From: an uncultured Gammaproteobacteria bacterium
GTDB lineage: Bacteria; Pseudomonadota; Gammaproteobacteria; CAWCPV01
Direction: 5' to 3'
Assembly: GCA_963797555.1 (NCBI GenBank)
Contig: CAWCPV010000016.1
Location: 128,001-192,000, forward strand
Length of the DNA stretch: 64,000 nucleotides
A program made the position numbers and the translations under genes. The notes under the pieces were generated by a model. It saw only the letters and a program-made list of their open reading frames with translations, made no database searches and was not told the DNA's origin. Below, piece by piece: positions 53,586 to 64,000 of this stretch. Position 1 is the first letter of the stretch. Each line of letters begins with the position of its first letter.

Positions 53586-54185
53586 CTATTTGTCCGGATC
53601 AGGCTGCGGCTGATGCTGCAACACCCTCGCCCAGCCGATCACGATGGCGGGCAGGTTCACCACGGCCAGGCTCCCGGTCAACTCGTGGATAGCGGGCCGC
53701 CCGTAAGCGCCGGCTTGCAGGCGATAAACCGTTACCGTGCGGTCCGTCGGGTGGACCAGCCACACCTCTGGCACTCCGGAACGTTCGTAGACGGCGAGCT
53801 TGAGGATCTGGTCGTGGCCTGCCGTCGACGGAGAGAGCACCTCCACCACCCAATCCGGCGCTCCGCGGCAGCCGCGCTCGTCCAGCTTGGCCGGATCGCA
53901 GACCACCAGCAGATCGGGCTGCACCACCGTGTCGATCTTCTCGTCCGCTTCATCGGCCTTGGGCAGGCGCACGTCGAAGGGGGCGATATACCGGCGGCAG
54001 GCCGAGCCCTCCAACGCAGAGCGAGCCTGAAAGCAAAGCTCGCCAAGAATTTCCTGATGCACCCGCGCGGGCGCCGGTGCCATGGCATAGGCGGCGCCGT
54101 CAATCAGCTCGTAGCGAACACCTTCCGGCCATCGACAGTAATCGGCGTAGGTGTGGTAGGCGTCATCACGAAGTGGCAGACCCAT
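53586..54185 (-). CDS. Uma2-family PD-(D/E)xK endonuclease
   Basis: YELIDG, VVQPDLLVVCD, GAPDWVVEVLSPST, K..YE..GVPE.WLV.P. Confidence 0.92.
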   Translation of the reverse strand: MGLPLRDDAYHTYADYCRWPEGVRYELIDGAAYAMAPAPARVHQEILGELCFQARSALEGSACRRYIAPFDVRLPKADEADEKIDTVVQPDLLVVCDPAKLDERGCRGAPDWVVEVLSPSTAGHDQILKLAVYERSGVPEVWLVHPTDRTVTVYRLQAGAYGRPAIHELTGSLAVVNLPAIVIGWARVLQHQPQPDPDK

Positions 54186-55026
54186 TGCGCGTCTCCGACC
54201 GATTGCGCGAATTATAGACCTCGCGTCGGGCCATCTACCTGGCGGCGCCGGTGCGCCGGGCCGCCTATCGAAAGCTTTCGCGACACAGCCAGATCCCGAA
54301 ATGCTCCGCGATGGGCGCTCGTGCCTCCGGACCGGCACGCCTCTCGGGGATGACCGCCTTCGAGCACAGAGCGAACGAGCCCTGGGGGTTGGAGTAGGCT
54401 ATGGCCCGCGGCAGACCGAAGAAGCCCGCGCCCGCCCCGCCTTCGGACGCAGACCAAACGAACTGGATTTATGGCAAGGGCGCTGACCCCGGGGCAGACT
54501 CCGATTCAGTGTGAGCTAGCCCCCAACGAAGCCTCCCTTCTTCCAGTCGTGGTTAGCATCGGCTCCAGGGGTAAACGCATGTCAAACGTCATTCCAACGA
54601 GCGCCCGGCGTGCATCGTATGGTCCGCAAGGGTTGTGAGGAACCATCGGTCTGCGCGCCCAACCCGACGGTCTGTTCACGACTCACAACCGTCATTCACG
54701 TCGGGCACGAATCGGCAGCAACGTGGCGGAGAGCCGACATAGGGATGCAGTGCACCCAGCGGAACGCAGAAATGGGTTCCGGGCCCGACACCCAACGACG
54801 ATAGCCCCGGCGCCGTGGGCCGGCCTGAGTGCGAGGAGTGCGCCGACCATAGCCCGCCTATAACCTGGCAGAAGGCCGGCCGGCGCCGGCACTCAAATCC
54901 CACCAGCCTCGGCAACGGAGCCTGTCCGCAACGGGGACGACAACGTTCGCGCCGCTCGCCGGGAAATCCCCCAACCGCGCCGCCCACTGGCGCGGCGGTC
55001 AGCGTACCGAAACCTCTTGCTTCCTG

Positions 55027-55047
55027 ATATTGTGCAGCGCACAATAT
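55027..55047. promoter_or_regulatory. PhaR-type operator upstream of the phasin gene
   Basis: Perfect dyad ATATTGTGC-AGC-GCACAATAT with a TGC-N3-GCA core, 60 bp upstream of the phasin start. Confidence 0.7.
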
Positions 55048-55106
55048 TCCCGGTAGCCTACTTTTTCTACCAGTGTCTCTCGCAGGGAGACGAAGGAGCA
55101 GAAGCC

Positions 55107-55508
55107 ATGAACACCGAGACAGTCCTTCCGTGGGAGCAGTTCGCCAAGGCTAGCCAGGCAGTGGTCGAGTCGATGACACGCCTTCAGCAGATTGGAGCGC
55201 GCAGTGTGGAGCGCCTGGCACAGCAGCAGATGGGTGCGGCGAGCGATCTGTTCGAACTGGGGGTGCGGCAAATCGAGGCACTCAGCAACGTCCAAGGCCC
55301 CGAAGATCTTTGGACGGTACAGACCCGCTTCGCCACGCAAGTGGGGGAGAAGTGGATGGCTAACGCCGGCAAATTCCTCGATGTCTACCTAGAGAACCAG
55401 GCCGAGGTTGGCAGGCTGTTCACGGAGCATATGAGCAACATGACGGCCAAGGGTGCGACCGAAGCCAAGGCTCCGGCCAAGGGTCCGGCCAAGGCCGCGA
55501 CCGCCTGA
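55107..55508 (+). CDS. phaP: Phasin (PHA granule protein)
   Basis: AAGGAG RBS; helical VERLAQQQM...LSNVQGPEDL..VQ; Ala/Lys-rich tail. Confidence 0.8.
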   Translation: MNTETVLPWEQFAKASQAVVESMTRLQQIGARSVERLAQQQMGAASDLFELGVRQIEALSNVQGPEDLWTVQTRFATQVGEKWMANAGKFLDVYLENQAEVGRLFTEHMSNMTAKGATEAKAPAKGPAKAATA

Positions 55509-55540
55509 TCGATTTGCCGATTACTTCGTTCGGCATGTGC

Positions 55541-55564
55541 GGGCCTCGGGATATCCCGAGGCCC
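55541..55564 (+). terminator. Hairpin after the phasin gene
   Basis: Perfect palindrome GGGCCTCGGGATATCCCGAGGCCC. Confidence 0.55.
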
Positions 55565-56395
55565 AGTCGTTTGAGCCTCCCGCTGCTTGCCAGAGGCCAC
55601 TGATCGGATTGGTGTCACGTAGCGGTTGCTGACCTTCGCCCACCCCGCAGGCCAAGTCAGCGCGGGCCGGCTCATCGCGTAGTCGCCCATTGAGCACCCG
55701 CCGCCATGACCTGGGCACAATGGCTCGGTATCGGTGTAGAGACCTATCGCCGCTTCGCGAACGCTGGAACGCGAGCCGCGGTGACATTCCGGTGGCCCCC
55801 GACGACCACTCTCTGACTCCGCACAAGATGGATCACTTTATTCAGAGGGTTGACTGAACACCGAGCAGCCGTGTGGGCAGACCGCGCTGGCTTTCCCGGC
55901 GGGGTGCCCCCCAAAAGTAGTCGGAAAAGCCCCCCGTCAGACCCCTCGTCGTATAAGCTCTCCTCTTAGTCCTGGCTCCCGTTGCCCCTCGTCGGCAACT
56001 TGCTCGGTAAGATTGAGTGTCATCGGCTCGCAGCCTTCGCTGCGGTGCGACGTGGCGATCCGCAAGGACGCGTCTATCGCACCGGAGGCGATCCCACCTA
56101 CGGCAAGACTGAAGTTTCAAATGCAACGGGTACATGCCCATCGACGCACGCACTGCCCGCCTGTCTGAAGCTTTCCCTCCGCCAGGCTTGACCCGGCTGG
56201 ACCACACATGCCACGATTCAGCCCGGCCCGCACAGTCGGGTCACCTATCGGCTATTTGTGAGCGCGGCGGAGACTAGCGACGGCCAGGTCGGCCCCTTTT
56301 GCTGCTCCGCATCGCCAATTGCCAAAAGCGCTGGCCTCCTGAATCCCTGCCGTCCCCGCGTTTTTTGTTCAGAATCCAAGCCACAGGAGATCACC

Positions 56396-58568
56396 ATGAG
56401 TGTGCCGGTGCTGTCTGCCGACCTCCAACGCATCATCGACGCTCGCCACCACGATCCTTTCGCGGTGCTCGGCCGCCACGAATTGGCGGATGGGCACCTC
56501 GAGGTGCGGGCCTACATCCCCGGCGCCCTGGAGGTGAGCATCGCGGAAGGGGAGCACGTGATGAGCCGGATCCCTGACACCGATCTCTTCGAGTGGAGGG
56601 GACCTGCAGGCTCTGTGCCGCCGCGTTATCGTCTCATCTGGCGCGATGCGAGCCATTTCGAGCACATTGCCCACGACCCATACAGCTTTCCGCCCCAGAT
56701 CTCGGACTTCGATCTCCACCTCTTCGGAGAGGGCCGCCACCGCCACGCCCATCGCTTCCTAGGCGCCCGTCACCACGAGGTCGACGGCGTGCCGGGCGTG
56801 CTATTCGGCGTATGGGCACCTAATGCCGAGCGGGTGAGCGTGGTGGGCGACTTCAACCACTGGGATGGGCGCCGCCATCCCATGCGGGTGCGCGGCGGCA
56901 GCGGGGTGTGGGAGCTGTTCATCCCGGACCTGGCCCCGGCCGGCCCGTACAAGTTCGAGATCCGCAACCGCCACACCGGCATGGTGTTCTACAAGTCCGA
57001 TCCCTACGGGCGCCATTTCGAGTTGCGGCCCGGCACCGCCTCCATCATGGTCGGACCGAACGCCTACGACTGGCAGGACGGGCACTGGATGGCACAGCGG
57101 CGCACCTGGGCCTGGATGCACGCCCCCATCTCCGTCTACGAGGTGCACCTGGGGTCTTGGCGCCGAGGCCCGGAGGGGGAGTTCCTGAATTACCGGGAGC
57201 TTGCCCACCAGCTCGTCGAGTACGTGAAGGACATGGGCTTCACCCACATCGAGCTGCTGCCCGTTACGGAGCACCCCTACGATCCTTCCTGGGGCTACCA
57301 GACCACCGGCTGCTTCGCCCCCACGAGCCGTTATGGCAGCCCTGACGATTTCCGGTACTTCGTCGATCACTGCCACCGGCACGGCATCGGGGTATTCGTG
57401 GACTGGGTCCCCGCCCATTTCCCCAAGGATGCCCATGGACTCGCGCGCTTCGACGGCAGCGCCCTCTACGAGCACGAGGACCCACGCCGCGGCGAACACC
57501 TGGACTGGGCGACGCTCATCTACAACTATGGCCGCAACGAGGTGAAGAATTTTCTCATCTCGAGCGCGCTGTATTGGCTCGAGGAGTTCCACCTCGATGG
57601 CCTGCGGGTGGATGCCGTGGCCTCCATGCTCTACCTGGATTACTCCCGCACCGAGTGGGTCCCCAACGAGTACGGCGGCCGAGAGAACCTCGAGGCCATC
57701 GCCCTGCTGCGCGGAGCTCAACGAGATCGCTCATGGGGAGTTCCCAGGCGTGCTGGTGATGGCCGAGGAGTCCACTTCCTGGCCCCAGGTCACTCGCCCG
57801 ACCTACGCGGGGGGCCTCGGCTTCAGCCTGAAGTGGAACATGGGCTGGATGAACGACACCTTGAGCTACATGAGTCGGGAACCCATTCATCGCCACTACC
57901 ACCATGACCAGCTCACCTTCTCCATGCTCTACGCCTTCACGGAGAACTTCCTGCTGCCCCTCTCCCACGACGAGATGGTGCACGGCAAGCAGTCCATGCT
58001 CAACAAGATGCCGGGCGACGAGTGGCAGCGCCACGCCAACCTGCGTCTGTTCTACACGTACCTGTTCGCCCACCCGGGCAAGAAGCTGCTGTTCATGGGA
58101 GCCGAGTTCGGTCAAGGGCGCGAGTGGAGCAGTACCGAGACGCTGGACTGGTACGTCCTGGACTATCCGCTCCATCAGGGGGTGCAGCGGCTCACGCGCG
58201 ACCTCAACCACCTCTATCGCAGCTCCCCGGCGCTGTACAAATACGAGTTCGACTGGAACGGTTTCGCCTGGATCGACTGCCACGACGCCTCCCAGTCGGT
58301 GTTGAGCTTCGTGCGTCAGGCCGACGACGACCTGTTGGTGGTGGTGGTCAACTTCACACCGGTGCCGCGGCACGGTTACCGCATCGGCGTGCCCCGGCCG
58401 GGGGTCTACCGGGAGATCTTCAACTCCGACTCGGCTTACTACGGCGGCAGCAACCTGGGCAATGGCGCTGCCTGGCTTGGGGCCGAGGCCCTACCCTGGA
58501 TGGGCCGGCAGTATTCCATCGCACTCACTCTGCCGCCACTTGCGGGCATCATTTTGCACCCCGAGTGA
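56396..58568 (+). CDS. glgB: 1,4-alpha-glucan branching enzyme (single frameshift near 57710, possibly a sequencing error)
   Basis: [35 protein letters not shown] / [26 protein letters not shown]. Confidence 0.93.
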
Positions 58569-58983
58569 TTCGGCTGCTGGCCGGCTGCCAGCCCGCGCGT
58601 GGGGGGCAGTTAGGCCAAGTTGCCGTCACCTTCTTTTTGTCTCGGGCGGCGCACGCCGGTGCGGGACCACGCGCCAGTGGATTGCATCCTTGCGGGAGCG
58701 TTTGTAGACCAGCAAGTCCGGGGTCCGCTGCATCGTGGCGATGCTTGGCTGGCCTTTTGGATGGGCGGCCCGTACCGACGACGGGGGGTAGGTCGACCCG
58801 GGTGGACGAGGAGCTGCGGCGCTTCCCAGGCCGAGGCGCCCCAACCGAAACCGTGATTAAAGGAGATCGTGATGGACCGGACGGCACTGACTCGGAGCAT
58901 GAACGATTTATCGAGGTCCGAGTCGGCTAGCCCGCAACTTGTTACCGGAAACAACGCACCCGGGAGAACGCGGGGCCCCGTCC

Positions 58984-59886
58984 CTAGAGTCCGTCGACGA
59001 ACACCTGAATGCGCCCCACTAGCTCCTGAGCGTAAAGGTCGCGGGAGAACTCGTCGCCACCGTCGATGACGGCGAGCCGGACACGCTTGCCGTCGGTGAG
59101 CGGCGCCACGCGTTGCTGCAAGCTCTTGGTTGCGTCATCGTCGGTTCCGACGACGATCAATACGGGCTTCCTGATCTTGGGGAGCAGCGTCGGCGTATCC
59201 AGCCGCGGGTCGGCATCGTAGTACGAGAGGAAAGTTTCTGCGGTCGCCCGGGTGTCGGGACAGTACAGAAAGTCCACATGGTCGAACACTTTGTTTCCCT
59301 GGCCCGCCTTGACCAGCGCCCGGGCCTGCTCGATGAGAGGTGCGAGCGCTCGGTTATAGCGGTGCTGGTAATCGGCAGCGACCGAGGCCGGATCCCAGGT
59401 CTGCGGATCCACCAGGACCACACCTTCCACCACCGGGTCGTCCCGTTCGGCCGCGAACCACGCCGTCTGATCGCCGCCGCGGGAGACTCCCAGCAGGACA
59501 ACCTTCTTGACACCTTGGCTCTTAAGCCATTCCAGCCACCCGCCGATCTCGTCCAGCGCGTCGGTGTGCTTGTGCCGGTGGGGGGTCAGGCAATCGTACA
59601 TGCCGTGTCGATTGTTGAGGCCCAGGCTCAGGTTGATGGCCAGAGTGCTGATTCCCTTGCCCTTGAGCTGATCCTGCAGGGCGGCCATGAGGTACGTCCC
59701 GTTGTGCGTCAGGGAGCCGTGTGTCATAAGCACTACGGGCCCGGACGACCACTCACCCCCGGCCCGATCGAGGCTGGCGTTGAGGATAAAGCCACCGTGC
59801 CGGATCTCGACTTCTTCAGCCCGCAACCAGAGGCCGGGAATCAGCAGGAGGGTGAGGCACAGGCCGCATGCCCGGCTGCCGTTCAT
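58984..59886 (-). CDS. Secreted alpha/beta hydrolase-fold protein
   Basis: Signal peptide, LMTHGSL, GVSRGG elbow, GTDD. Confidence 0.8.
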   Translation of the reverse strand: MNGSRACGLCLTLLLIPGLWLRAEEVEIRHGGFILNASLDRAGGEWSSGPVVLMTHGSLTHNGTYLMAALQDQLKGKGISTLAINLSLGLNNRHGMYDCLTPHRHKHTDALDEIGGWLEWLKSQGVKKVVLLGVSRGGDQTAWFAAERDDPVVEGVVLVDPQTWDPASVAADYQHRYNRALAPLIEQARALVKAGQGNKVFDHVDFLYCPDTRATAETFLSYYDADPRLDTPTLLPKIRKPVLIVVGTDDDATKSLQQRVAPLTDGKRVRLAVIDGGDEFSRDLYAQELVGRIQVFVDGL

Positions 59887-59983
59887 GGAGGTTTATCCTT
59901 TCGATCTCGGAGATCGAAGTCGATCGGGGAGACAGTAACCGGGGCGCTGCCGCTGTGATGACACACCCCGTAGGGGAGGACGC

Positions 59984-60129
59984 GGGGCTTGTGAAGAGAT
60001 CGTCGCGAGCGGGCCTAGAGCGACGCGCGCGGAGGCGCAGCGAACGAGACATCTCGCGTAGATAGGCGAGGAGCGAGTACCGCACGACGCCGCTATCGGG
60101 AGGTGCAGCAACCTTATTCGCCAAGCTCT
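59984..60129. mobile_element. MITE-like element (copy 1)
   Basis: Imperfect terminal IR GGGGCTTGTGAAGA...TATTCGCCAAGCTCT; internally homologous to 61975..62117. Confidence 0.55.
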
Positions 60130-60292
60130 CAGGCCCCACGGGGACCCGACCCCTGCACGGTAACCCTTCTGACTCCGTAGGCGCCACGATGGCTGCGGGC
60201 GCGAGCGCCGCCGTAATGCCGTAATTCAGCGTGCGTGCAGCGCGTCCCTGTACCAGGAGCCTGCGATGCGGCGCACCCCACTGGTTCGTGCA

Positions 60293-60676
60293 TCATTCCG
60301 CCCACGGCCAGGGCGTGACGCGGCTCGGCTCACGCTCTGCGATCAGCGTGGCATAGAGGCTATTGTAGTCGGCCTTGGATGTTGCGCAGAACACCCCATG
60401 CCAATGGTCACCGCTTCTGCCGACGGCCACCGTCCAGCTTCCGCCCGAATAGGCCCAACCCTCCTGGGGAAGCCAGCTCATGGGCGACTCCCGGCTGTAG
60501 GCTGTCGCGAGTGCGTTGAACATGGCGCACACCGCCTGACAGAACTGTGTGGTCAGCGCGGCGATATCCTGAGGGATATCCACTCTTGCCTTGTAGGCGA
60601 TGAGTTGACCGTCCTGCGCGAACTCGAAGGCGACGATGACCCCGGGAACTTCCAGAAGCTCGTCCATTGATGCCAT
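60293..60676 (-). CDS. DUF2173 family protein
   Basis: LLEVPGV..AFEF..DG.L, M.W.P..GWA.SGG.WTV.V. Confidence 0.8.
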   Translation of the reverse strand: MASMDELLEVPGVIVAFEFAQDGQLIAYKARVDIPQDIAALTTQFCQAVCAMFNALATAYSRESPMSWLPQEGWAYSGGSWTVAVGRSGDHWHGVFCATSKADYNSLYATLIAEREPSRVTPWPWAE

Positions 60677-61172
60677 GTTCCACCCCCTCGGCGGATACCG
60701 TGTCCGAATGGGCCTTGACCGTAATTCCGTGCCGAACCCGACCCCGAAGGTCGGGTCTCCTTCCGACTCTGTCCTGCCAGGTCAGTATAGATCGGGTCCG
60801 CTCACGCGGCCCGCATCAGTCTTACCCGATCGCTCGGACGAGGTGCTGCTCGGCCCTTTCCCGCACGACTGGCGGCCTCAAACCCCACCGGCGGACAACA
60901 GCCAAGCTTTGACAACTCAGAGCCTGTGGAGAAACCGCCGGGCACCCTGCGGGTACCGCTCACATCCTCCGCTCGGAAGGGGCGATGGAGTAAACTCATG
61001 TTGCGCGGTGCTCGGTCGTCGCCTATCGACTGGACAGCTCTCGTCGTTTGCGCTGCGTGTTGCCTCGGTCTCGGGCCGCTCGCGACGATTTCGTCGCGTG
61101 CCTCAGTCGAGAGATGCCACGGAAGCGGTTTCGATATCCTGGCAGGGCAACCATCGAAACAGGAGGGTTGGA

Positions 61173-61445
61173 ATGATCAGCGTACGTCCTGTGGACGACA
61201 CAACGTTCGAGGTCACGGTCCAGGCGCACGCCACCACGACGCATACGGTCACGTTGAGCCTGGACTACTACCGGAAGCTAACCGCAGGACGCGTCCCGCC
61301 CGAAGTCCTCGTAGAGAAGTCCTTCGAGTTTCTGCTGGAGCGTGAGGGCAACACCAGCATTCTCCGACGCTTTGACCTGCCGATCATCGGCCGTTATTTT
61401 CCCGAGTACGAGCGGACCGTCCGGTCCATGCTGTCGCTCGCCTAA
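61173..61445 (+). CDS. Hypothetical protein
   Basis: AGGAGG RBS; F.VTV....T.H.VT...LV.KSFEFLLERE...SIL..F.L..I.RYFPEYE. Confidence 0.8.
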   Translation: MISVRPVDDTTFEVTVQAHATTTHTVTLSLDYYRKLTAGRVPPEVLVEKSFEFLLEREGNTSILRRFDLPIIGRYFPEYERTVRSMLSLA

Positions 61446-61549
61446 GTCCGCCAAGCCGGCGAGATGGGAACGGGTGCGTTGACAGAGCCCACGATGCGGT
61501 CTATACACCTTCGTTACGGCGATGGGGTTCGTCGCCGAGGAGGTGTGTC

Positions 61550-61759
61550 ATGAGAATCGAAATCACTGACCCCATCTCGGGGCGCGATGTTAAGGACTTG
61601 GAGCACGCGCCGTACGTGGTCGAGGGTGACCTGAAGATCTTCTTCGAGTCGGAGGACACCAAACGGGCATACCTGGACATCGAGGTGGAACATCCCGGCG
61701 AAGACTTCGAGCACAGCCTGGACAACCCAGCCGCAATGGGTCCGGGAGACCGCCGGTAG
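61550..61759 (+). CDS. Small YHS/TRASH-like protein
   Basis: GAGGAGG RBS; TDPISG..V...IFFESE..K.AYL. Confidence 0.7.
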   Translation: MRIEITDPISGRDVKDLEHAPYVVEGDLKIFFESEDTKRAYLDIEVEHPGEDFEHSLDNPAAMGPGDRR

Positions 61760-61974
61760 CCGGCTGTCGTCGCGCCGGCTGGGAGGCAAATCGCTCACCC
61801 CCTTAGCCAGAAACCGCCAGGCCCGCCACAAGCCACGGAAGGCGCGCGGCGCAGAGGTGAGAACCCGTTTAGCGCACGGCGCTAGCCAACCCACCGGCGT
61901 CAAGCCAGTGCGGGAGCGCGCCGCTCCGCGGTTACTCGCGGCGCCGCCGTGCGGCCGTGCACTGACCGGCGCTC

Positions 61975-62117
61975 AGAGCTTGCGAAGAAATCGTCGCGAG
62001 CGGCTCGCGAGCAGAGCGTACGGAGCGCAGTGACGAGACCTGTCCAGTGGATCGGGGAGGAACGAGCACCGCGCGACGCCGCTACCGGGACACGCAGCGG
62101 ATTTGTTTACGGACTCT
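61975..62117. mobile_element. MITE-like element (copy 2)
   Basis: AGAGCTTGCGAAGAAATCGTCGCGAGC...TTTGTTTACGGACTCT; shares ATCGTCGCGAGC, GAGGA.CGAG.ACCGC.CGACGCCGCTA.CGGGA with copy 1. Confidence 0.55.
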
Positions 62118-62120
62118 AAC

Positions 62121-62549
62121 TCAGTCCTTCTGGTCCCAGCCCACCACGGCCCCATTCTCCAGGGTAATTCTCAGGGCGTACCGGTTCCTTCCCTGGGCGC
62201 CGTATTTCCAGATCTCTTTGCTCTTGGTCTTGAGGACCTGTTTGTCCACGTCGGCGGGCGCGCCCAGGGCGTCTCCCAACTGTTCGGCGGTCTGGCCTAC
62301 CCAGAAGTATCCGTCCATGATCTTCCGCACGAGATTCGCGTCCTGGTATTTGCTCTCCAATCGAGACAGCCGCCTCCTGTGCCGGAATACCCGGTAGGAG
62401 AAGTACAGGGTGAAGCTGCCGGCCAGGACCAAAAGCGGTATCGTAATCCCGACCCTTTCGAAGAACCTCACGCTGCCGGCGATCACCGCCCCGGCAAGCA
62501 GAAGCAGAGCCATGGCCCAACGCCATCGAGTGGTGCGCCTTCTTCCCAT
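62121..62549 (-). CDS. Membrane protein with an SmpA/DUF2845-like domain
   Basis: Two TM helices, then WVGQT.EQL..ALG.P...EIWKY...ITLENG.VVGW. Confidence 0.75.
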   Translation of the reverse strand: MGRRRTTRWRWAMALLLLAGAVIAGSVRFFERVGITIPLLVLAGSFTLYFSYRVFRHRRRLSRLESKYQDANLVRKIMDGYFWVGQTAEQLGDALGAPADVDKQVLKTKSKEIWKYGAQGRNRYALRITLENGAVVGWDQKD

Positions 62550-63121
62550 TCAGGCTTTCCTCCCCCCCTTCAGCCGAGCGCGGTCGTCCACAAAGGGATC
62601 CTCTCCAGCGCCGTCCGCCAGCGCCGTCAATGTACCAGGCACGGCCTCCCTTTCACATATGGGATCGCGCGAGAATGCTCAAACAGGACAGACAACGATG
62701 GACAGGCACCTATCGCGGCGCAATGGCCGAGCGGCGCTCACGCGGCTTGCCGAGGGCGCGGATGGTCGGCGCCGCGGCCGAGCGCGCAAGAATTCCGGCC
62801 CCAGGCTGTCAAAGACTCAAGCGCGCAGACCGATAACACCGATACATGCCCTTGTTTCCGGGTTCAACGCCGGCCGACCGCACCGTGGAGTTCCGGGGAG
62901 CGTCGGTCGCGCCGAAGCGGTAACTCAAGCGCGGACCCCTATCTCCTCCTCTGCTCTCTTCTCACCGCAGTTCCTTCCGACTGCGTGCTGGCACTGCATT
63001 TGGAGACCGGGTGAAGCCAAGCTGATGGAGTGAAGTGCATACCCCATTTTCACGAGAGGAAGCACAAATGAAGAGGTTCAGAAGGTGGAGGCAGCATTCC
63101 TCCGTTGTCCTCTCTACACTG

Positions 63122-64000
63122 CAGAACTCCTGACTTGGCGCTAAATTCAATGCGACTGGACGGTGTCGTAGACCAGGCGCAGGTGGGTGCCAGGGTATTT
63201 CATCTGCTGGGTATTCAGATATTCGCAAAGAGCGATGATAGCTTGTTGAGATCGATTATTGGCCAAGCCGTAGAGACGCACCCGCAATTCATGGCGCTGG
63301 TAATCCGGGATAATATCGCCGGGTAAGCAGAACACGGCTTTGAGGAAGGCGCGAACTTCGTCGTCGTGGCGCACGAAAAAGGGTTCGACAATGCTCGCGA
63401 GACAACTCTCACTGCGATAAGCGACGACCTTGATGAGCTGGGTAATGGTTTTTCGTTCGCGTTCGTGATGTACGATCTTGTCCGCCTCATAAATGCTCTT
63501 CAATGGCACGCGCTTTTCCATCGCGTTGATGCGTTCGCTGAGTTGCTCGCATTGCCTTTCCAATCGTTCGATGGCCTCTGTCGCCTTCTCTTGCTTCGCC
63601 GTCGATGCCCTGTTACGTTGGTGCTTGCCACGCTGGGCGTAGGCTCTGCCGAGCTGCGCCTTGGTTGCCTGGAGCGATTTTATCAGCGCTCGGCGCTCAG
63701 GATTGGGAACCATCCGCTCAGGATCGGCTGGTTCGGTGGCATAGGTGCTCAAGTGGTCGATGTTGAATTCGTCCTGCAGGTATTTGAAGAAGTTCTCTTG
63801 GCGCCAACGGCCGAACATGCGATGGGCGATCTCTGCGGCAGGTAAGTCCTGCCGGGTCGTCAGGATCGCGCTCTGATGTCCGTTTTTGCATAAGCGGCGG
63901 ATCTCGCGCATCCACAAGGCGGGTTGTTTGCGATTGGCAGCGATGACCTGCACGCTGCACTCGGCCAGACTATAGGTCACAGACTTACCGTGGTGCTCGA
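63122..64000 (-). mobile_element. DDE transposase (unclassified IS), partial; element end near 63122
   Basis: ORF 63147..>63980 with HQ.AILTT, MFGRWRQENFFKY, AYR.ES, YPGT.LRL; terminus GTCAGGAGTTCTG. Confidence 0.75.

Noticed and set aside
54631-54690. 9-bp inverted repeat GGTTGTGAG...CTCACAACC
   Set aside because: Short, single-copy and without supporting context.

Overview
GC-rich proteobacterial window, probably from a chemolithoautotrophic Gamma/Betaproteobacterium (inferred). Layout: (1) 1-25.8 kb is an accessory envelope/carbohydrate island. It holds a GH13-GH63-SemiSWEET operon, lipoproteins, a DUF900 esterase, two patatins including a PlpD-type one, a duplicated chalcone-isomerase-like gene, a MetA-type barrel, DUF2092, glycine zippers, toxin-antitoxin (TA) genes and two miniature IS91/ISCR ends. 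(2) 26.3-32.7 kb is a glrK-qseG-glrR system followed by a sigma54 promoter, a DUF1328 gene, repeated TGTC-N10-GAC(G/A) boxes and an EF-hand/BON gene split by an ISL3. (3) 33-44 kb is a pile-up of IS21, IS4+DUF4338, IS5, IS3 and IS1634 elements, group II intron debris and a truncated H-NS-like gene. (4) 44.1-45.3 kb is a TIGR04255-like/unknown/HNH module, a candidate defence or TA system. (5) 48-53 kb is cytochrome c'-cbbR and a red-type cbbLSX RuBisCO operon. (6) 53-64 kb has Uma2, a phasin with a PhaR-type operator, glgB, small conserved genes, two MITEs and a transposase at the edge. Many genes have single-base frameshifts that may be long-read assembly errors. All family calls come from motif recognition by eye, not database searches. 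No rRNA, tRNA or CRISPR array was seen.
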